A DNA stretch of 62,522 bases from Phoronis australis (Eukaryota > Animalia > Phoronida). Shown piece by piece: positions 48,301 to 57,300 of this stretch (its first letter is position 1; every line of letters begins with the position of its first letter). Location: NCBI GenBank assembly GCA_002633005.1, contig NMRA01000259.1, positions 216,870 to 279,391 on the forward strand. Reading direction: 5' to 3'. The notes under the pieces are model-generated. The model saw only the letters and a list, made by a program, of their open reading frames with translations. It did not search any database and had not been told where the DNA came from. The position numbers and the translations under genes were made by a program.

Positions 48301-51300
48301 TATATGTCATGAAGAATTACTACGGTTCTGTCAGTTACCATAAATCATGCGGATAGAGTAAATAGACAAGCAATACACCCACTTGACACCGACGTCAATG
48401 CCATAGCAACACACAATCAACCAATCACAGAACGACGACAGTCAAGACAAAATATCAGACCTACCAGTTGGTACATCATCGCTATGGACCATGTCTTTAA
48501 CAGTCCTTATGGCGGCCGCCAGAGTCGTCGTGTCGTTGCACACTTGGAAGTGAATGGGCTGCAGAGTGTGGCAATACCACTTAGGCTTGTCGCCGATGAG
48601 GGACGGGTCGAAGACACCCGTATGTATACGTGTGAACACAACATTCTGGGGCGTGAGAGACCACTCGGCAAAATATTCCACAGCCTACAGGGGAGATAAT
48701 ACGATCGATTTATGAGACACTAGCAGCTTATCAACAATTGATCAAAATAGAATTCCTGATAATTAGAGTTTTGTCCATTCAAACAAATACTTGCAATAGG
48801 TGGCGAGAACAGCAGATGTCCCACAAATCTCTGACCGTAAAAAGGCCAGAAGAAGAGAGGGGGTGGGGGAAGGGAGGTAGGGNNNNNNNNNNNNNNNNNN
48901 NNNNNNNNNNNNNNNNNNNNNNNNNNNNNNNNNNNNNNNNNNNNNNNNNNNNNNNNNNNNGGGTAGGGGGGAAAGGTGAGGAAGCAGAGAGGGAGAGGGA
49001 GGGAGGGGGGAGGAACGGAAGAGGGGGGCAGAGGGGAGTGAGGTAGGGAGGACAGAGAAACCAGTTTATTTTTTCATCACATAAGACAGAATTACAGGAT
49101 TTGGTGGCCAGAAAAGGCTGGTTGCTAATAGCTGACCACCATAAATAATAAATAAAGAATTACACTAAAGACAATAAAACATAGCAACTCGAAGAATAAA
49201 AGAAGAATAAATCAATTAGTTGCTGTCAGTCAACAAAAGCGCGACCCTTACCTGAGTCCTGGCCAATCTGTGAGTGAACACTGATTTGACAGGTCGCGAC
49301 TTCATGAAGCTGCTCATTTGGAAACCGACCACGGGACGAGGGTAAAGCCTCAGGGTACGAGTGTGCTCATTGAAGTTGCCCAAAACATTCTGAGAGTTGA
49401 AGAAACGCACCTGTAACACAGAGAAATGCACGCACGGTCAAGACGTGTGGGCATTGAGTGTGAAGTCGAGTGTTTAGATTACTCCAGATGAATCAAAGCA
49501 ACATTAGGCACTCTACCATTGACGGAGTTCCTCAACTATAACATGCCATTAGTAGCGCTGATGTGAAATCATTGTAAGCCCGGAATATGGTGAAGGTCCA
49601 TTTCAGAATTTGAACGTGACTGCTGGTTTAAAGACAGAGACAACTACTAATGACTTCGGTCATTTGCCTCGTTTCCTTTGCACCATTTCCACTGATGGGT
49701 ATCTGCGTTTTCATGTGAAACTGTGTGTATTGATACATAATCAGTCAAACTTATGGTATGGCAATGAAATAAACGATGTAGACAGTATGACCACTTTCCA
49801 CACCCAGTCGATAGCTAATTCTTCCACAGTTTCATAAGAAAAAAAAACTAACTGATATGCCCAATTTTTAAAGCAGCTATAAATCTGCAATCCACCATAA
49901 AAACAAATTTTTGACTTTGACCAATGTTATAAAAAATTCATCACAAATTAATTATTTTTTAGTCAAATTGAAGATGATTTCAGGAAAGAATTAATAGTTT
50001 GCTATTCCTTGAGATGAGCACGTAATGTACCAATCTATCCTCTAAATCAAGAAAGTTCCTTGCAAACTTGGAAATCACTTCTCATCCACGTAAAGAACAA
50101 GTTGCAGTAAATTTTGCAATGGCAAGTGGTCCGAGTCAAGGTTCACATCTTGGACGTAGGTTCATAACCACTTTAAGGAAAATTTGTTAAAATTTCTATC
50201 ACATATTCTAATTGAAACTTGCAAGTTCTTGCAGAGTGAAATGTGTTTGCCTGAAGCATTTTATGAATCATACCATGGCCACCCTGGTTGCTATGTCAAC
50301 AGCGTCAACGTCGTTGCCGAAGATGAGAGGGTTGAAGCCAGCTCCAACTCCGGGAAAGCTGTCCTGCCGCGGCAACGCATCGGGGTTCTCCACGATTGTA
50401 TCAAGGTTTTTGATTGGCTGCGGGCTCATGCTCATGCTCGCGAGAGCCTGTAAAGAAGAGAAAGGGTTTTGAAAATAACATCAACACAGTTATGTTCACG
50501 TGCGTTCCATAGAATGACAAAAATTAAGTGTTTTCAACTCAGAGAAGAAGAAAGCTTCAAAGCAAAATGAAGTTCTTCACCCATTTTGGCTGCTTGATTT
50601 TCTACTAATTGAATAGTCGAGATATTGCCGTGCAAAATCTGTCCGTTCTCAACAACTGATTGTGCGTGACGTCATTGTAACGGTGGTGAGCAACAACTTA
50701 TGACTCAAACACTTTTCACAGTTTTCTCTGCAGACAGCTTCCTGCACTTTCCGTACAAAAATCAAATTTGTAGCATTCCAAACTGGCCAAGACCTAACAA
50801 TAGTGTCAATGAGCTTGCTGATTACAGAATTTTGTTTAAAAAAAACATGAAATCAAATCTTAAGGATTTTTCGAAAGTTCAAAATATTTCCTCTGTACAT
50901 GGAACAAACAATAAAAATACCACATATTACTTTCCTCAATTCTGACTCTAATCCAACATCCAACAATGGAATTACGCCCAGAAATGTTTCAACAGTACTA
51001 CAAAAAGCAACCACAACTTATAAAATTAAGAAACTAAATTCATATTACCTGTCTCAAGTGATTAGTTAGAACAGTGCCCTCGGGTTCAGGAAATGCCGGC
51101 AGATTATCACCTGTTCTTGGAGGAGTTATCTGCAATGCAGATTATGTCAAATCAATTTGCTTACACACAGAAAAACATTTAACGTCAGGAATAAATGTCA
51201 TTTCACCAAGAGCAACCAAGCCTAAAGATCTCATTAACGGAGACAAATACGCTCAAGAAAAACATGCCATAATTATAATTAATCCTATTACGGCTCAAGG

Positions 51301-54300
51301 TGATTCACCCACTAGGAAAACAAAATGTATGACAGGCTTTTCTTCAACCAGACTTAAGCGATATTTGAAATTAGTAGCATGAACATCTGATCAGAAAAAT
51401 TTCAGCAGGTTACAGGAATACAAGGTGTGAATTCAGAAACGTATCAAGCAGTACTACTTTAATTACGGCAATAATTAACTAAATCTAAGCATCTCTGTTT
51501 AGAGTAATCACATGTTTCAAAGGACTTGTAACATTACAAGTTGTGAATGCCCGTAATTTCTCACAACGTAGCCTAATGGAAGTTAACTATACTGTAACTG
51601 AAGAAAAATTGAGAAATAAAAATTCAGCCTGTTTGTCCGAAATTGGCAAGATTTTACCAGAAGAATGCAATTTCCCACCAAACGAACAAATCGCCATGTT
51701 GGTGGGATTCCAATCCACTCTCCCAGACAAGAAGTGTGTACAAACAATCGTGCCACTAAGAACCACTTGCAGGTCAATAACAGACATTAAATGTGTTCAA
51801 AATCAATCGGTCCTTCAAAAATATCAATTTTGACTAATTTTGACTTCAAATACGAGCTGATCATTAGCTTCAGGGTCCAGGCCACTCTTAGAGCATGGAG
51901 GGCAACAATGTAACCTTTCTGTCTCCGATGATGGAGGAAATCGAGTCACTTATTGTGCGGAACAGACTAAAGATTGTGAACAGAAAATACATGCCGCTGG
52001 TCCTACCAATTCTAGACTGCTACTCACTGCATGCAGTGTAATAACTATCTGCAGCATCAGTAGGGTTGTCTTAAACAACACCCCTAATTATGGCTGTATT
52101 TGCCACCACATAACAAATATTTTCCACACGGGAAACGGCCACAGCAGTGGCTAGAGTCAAAAGCAAGAGGGTCACAAGCCAGGGAGAGTTTGATCATGCG
52201 TCATTTGCGAGATACCAGTACAGCGAGACATGTCAGCTTAAGACAGCCAAGGGTCAGTTTTCATGCAAATCACATCTACAAATTTTTGCCTCTGTCCAGT
52301 GACAAGCATACTGTAATTCTGTTGAGTTTGTCTTACTGTCTGTTTGTTTTTACTGAGGACCCCTATGGAAAGCAGTGTAAACTGATGGGGCTACCCTCAT
52401 TGTAAATATTACATTAAATAAATAAAATGAATAAATAAATAAAATACTGCTACTATGAGGGTAGTGATGTAATGTTAATACTTATTGCAAACACAAGCAA
52501 GATTTTGCCTATTGCTGGCATATGGTCTCAGATACCTAGATAGCTCACGAAAGACATTAGGATAAAACTTTGTGAATGCAAACCAAAACACTATCAATGG
52601 GTGTAGTGAAGGAAAGCATTACTAGTATATGGGCGGCACTTTACTGAAGGACAATCGAAAAACATTAAAAACAATTCCGCATAATTATCAAAAAATAATG
52701 ACCATGATCAGTTAGAATACTTAAAAGTGGGTGAGACAGGCCTGTTCAGTGACATTCCTCAACTCATAAAACGTCACAGCAGTTTGTGATAACCCCTCCT
52801 TGCGTTTACATTCAGTAAGTACAGACTGTTGAACTGCAAGACAGTGTGCAGGAAATTTGCTTATTCAGACTTGGCTCAAAATAACGATCTTAGGTTTAGA
52901 GACCAATAAGTCACTGTCATTATTTTCTCATAAGTAAACCCAGAGTTCAAGGCCACTTTCATTGCCAATAATTTCACCTGTCCGTTGCTGCTGCAGAAGT
53001 GCAGTTAGGTGTCACACGCCATCAACTAAACTTACCATACTTTTAGGTTGAACGTGAACAAAGATAGGTTTACACCAAGCTTAGCACAAAACATGAATCG
53101 GAAATTCAACACGCGATGTACTTCAAGGAAACGGTTAAATTCCACACAATATATCTGTCAGTTTCAATTCAAGTCTTAAGAGTTAAGTTTTGGGTAGATC
53201 CTGAGATGATACAGAGTGAAACGGCCAAAGGAGCAGCAATGCCTGCTAATGGCTGGCAGGAAAGAGAAACACAGAAATCAACGCACTCTGTCCGCCATAT
53301 CGGAAGTTTACGTGAACACTCTTCCCCATAGGAATCTCAAAGTTGCCAAAGCCAGAGATGGTGTATAGATAGCCAGAGAGGGTATATAGACAGGGGAAAA
53401 GCCAAAACCTGCAAGGCTACTGATACCTTCTGTTCATCCTAGAAGAATTTACAAAATGTACAAAAATTAATGCACGGGGCACAGGGCTGTGAACCAACAA
53501 TTTCAGGCAGAAATGGACGTCGTGTTTGTAGGCGCATAAGATGGTGGGTCTGTAAACAGACCGAAAGTTACATTAATTCAAGTGTCACTACAAGAACACT
53601 AGAGATTGGTATTGTGACAAATACGTAGTACAGAGACTGCAGATTAGTTTGAGGAATTTAGACAAGTTAGGCACAGCCACACTATCGTACTCATCTCAGT
53701 TAAAGCCCATGCTAGACCCAAACACCCACACATGACATCACCAACACACATGCTCCCCACAGTGCACACCCCCAACGGTTAGGATCGCAGCTTCTTTAAA
53801 AGTGTCAGTGAGTCGTCGAGAATGCCAATCTCATGAGAATTTTAGCTCACAAATGTTATCAACTCGCCCTTGGTGGCACCTTGCCACATTTGGGTGGAAA
53901 AAACTCATTTATTTTTAAATTAAAGGAAACATAAAATGGCACCTTTGGCTTAATAAATTATTTTTAATAAATATTTGCTTGCGGGCAAAAACTGAAGGCA
54001 TTTGCATGAGTAAATCGACCGTTCGGGTAACCGCCAATCCCAACTTCTCAAAAATTTTATTTTAAAACACTCATACTCGACTTAAAGCCCAGTATAATTT
54101 TTAAATTTCCCAATTAAGCGGTCTGGAAGATAAATCAAATGAGTGTCAGCCAGAAGTAAGTTATAGACTGTTGCTATGGACAACACAGCATGGTAGATGT
54201 ACTAGTCAGGTGTACTTAAAGAACAAAGGACTCTGAGAAATATACCTTTGCTGTTGGCAATTACCAGGGGGTGGAAACAATGCCAAGGCAGCACCTCTAA

Positions 54301-57300
54301 ATTTGAGCTACGATCATCTTAACCCCAGTCCAGAACAGACATCAAACCTGCAACATAAATCCTCCACATCTGAAAACCAAACTCCAGTCCCAAGGACCAG
54401 ATTGCTCAGCCAGACTTAGCTATGGCTGAGGAACCTGGTCAAGCGGCACTGGAGTTTGGTCACGGGGTATGGAGGATTTATGTTGCAGGTCTAAGGATTT
54501 GCACCACGGGTTTGGTGTTTCTTGGTCTGAAATTTTTATTTAGGATTGAGAGTCATTTCCACCCCTTGACAATGAAATAATTAGCTAAAAATTTCGTAAT
54601 CATCACTAGCACACTAAAATTAATGTGTTACATAATACCCACAAACCTAAAGTAAACGCAAAAAAGCATTCAGACAAAATGACCTGGAATTACCAGTCAC
54701 GACGGCTGAGCAGAAGTCGAATACCATTAGCCTAGTCTTCCATAATCACAGAGAGTAAAGGGGAATGAACAGGGAAATAAGGTAGCTAATCAATTCTGTA
54801 ATTATAAGAATTTTGCCGTCATAATGGTTATACCCTCATTTCCCAGTTATTTTAGCTGTTAACAGAACTACAGCAGCCGTCATGGCGAGATACTTTAGTC
54901 TGACTACTTTTGTCACGTACTATGAACATTACAAAGACGTCACACGATTTGCTTTTACATGGCGGGGAACAACACTCCCAGAGACACTACAATTCCGTTC
55001 CAAGAAAAGAAGCCGTCTGCTAACGAGTTACAATAACTAAGAAAACCGTCTTCAAAAGACAAGAATTAATTGCAGTCGTGTTGTGCGCAAAAACCAGAAT
55101 GGACACCACTGTAGGTTAATAACAAAGGTTAAAGGTCAAGATGTTCCCTGTTAATGGATGCACATTCCATACAAACTCAACATCACCCCGCTCTTGATCC
55201 TACTTACGGAAGACGATCCACTCTGTTGTGGGAGAAATAACCAGTCTCAAACAAAACAGCATAAATCAGGCCAAAGTGTAGAAATTTTGTTTTCAAACTT
55301 GAAATTAATGATGGCAAAATGTCCGCACTAAAACGTACTAGATTATAGTTCAAAAGATGTGCGGCTTCCCTATGTCTGATGCATTCTACAATCAGTGGTC
55401 TTTCTTGCAAATGAATTTCCATTTTTTAAGCTACAAAAAGCAAAGAAATATACAGTCACATGATAGCACCACAAACAGAATGTTTATTTAGTATAACAAA
55501 ATCGACCACTAGGTGATCAAACCCGTAAACAACTGTTCGACAAATTTCATAAAAATTCGTCCAGGAATTCCAAGACACAGACGAGGCAAACATAACATAC
55601 AAAAATTGTTAACAGGGGGCACAGCAGAACTTTGATTAGACGAAAAGTTGTCGTTAGAAGTCATCAGGTATATAGAACACGTCTGGCGCATGGGCGCATG
55701 GGCGCCAGACGTCCGGACGGTCAGAAATGATGGCAATATGCAAACATATATTAATTATGTACGTGAGTGCATAAAAGGCCATTCTCTTTGTGTTTGGACA
55801 GTGTTTCTAGGGAAATTAAAGTTTGATAGAAGTTGGCACATGGGAAACACCAGAGAGATCCCACAATGCATCAGATTATGAAAATTGTCACCACTCATAC
55901 AATTCTTGCAAACTGTAAGTCGAATGATTCGCTGTCTTGGGACCAAATACGAAACATGCACGTGTCAATTTCAATTTATTTCTGCTGGCGTTAGAGACAT
56001 GGGTATTAATGGATTGTGTCCACTCCACTAAACAGCATTAGCGTGGGACTGTTTGATTAGCCAGGAATAGAAAGTGAACGTAAATCATGTTTGTATCTCA
56101 CATGTTTGTATCTCACATGGCTCTTATGCAGTGATCAATATTGCGGACAAACAATTATTTTTAGAATGCCGAGCTACACATCTTTCAACAATAATCTATA
56201 CAGTTTTCTAAATCATAATCTTTCACAGTAACCAAATGGCTATAAATCCGCCTTCTGACACAAAAACTTGCTTATGATTTAGACCACTGGCCTTTGTGAA
56301 ATTGGTCTAAATTTGTTCCTCAGTAGAAGAGACTTCTAGGTACGAAAAGAACTATAGTTCGTTATGGTTTGGAGGCCATTTTGTACAAGTTCACGTGTCA
56401 TGACGAGGCATTTTAGCCGCTGGGCATCGTCTTCAACAATAACGTACTGACATTTCCTTACAAGACAAAAAACGTCTTCACATTTGAGTAACGAACAAGT
56501 TTAACCAATTTTATAGCGGCACCTAGTGGTCGAAATTAAAATAGTCTAGTAGAAACCCATAAGGGTCCCTGTGGGGACTTAGAAACTCTTGGTAGTATAA
56601 AGTTATTTGATTGTTTCTTGCTGAGGTGGCCCCCCCTGAAGCATATTAGCTGGGTTGTAATCTTGACGACCACGAGCATTCTTTTAAACATGCAAATTAA
56701 GGCTGCCATAATGCAAAATTTTTATTTTTGCTGATAACTTCCTTATCAAGCACCACAGCTAGACTATTTTGATGCTTTACGTAATGTTTCCAAGGTCAAT
56801 GAAATCAATGGAGCAAGGTCACAAGTAAATAAATCATAAATTTTCAAGATTTATGCAAATTAAGGCTTCGTTTCTAAAAAAATTTGCTTGTACGTATATC
56901 TGACATAACAAACATTACAGGTAAACCACAGCGATATATTCTCCTATGTTTCTATGGTCAATTACCCCAGTGAAATCAGTTTGTAGTCTGTTGCATGTTA
57001 AATTTGCATAATTTATGCAAATAAAGGCCACAATTATCCAAAATTCTATTTCTCTTCATTACTACTCTCCGGGGCACTTCATGTTGACCATCTCGATATC
57101 TGCACATGTGTTTTTGTGCTCGAGGTATTTATTATGAATTCAAACTTAGTCTAGTATGCAGGACATTACATCATAAATTTGTATAACTTATAGTTCATCC
57201 AAATATTGGTGGACATCCACTTCAGATGGTCTCCTTACACATAAAAATGAAGCTGATAAAACTTACGCACGTGAATCAATTAATTACAAGGAGTTCACGA

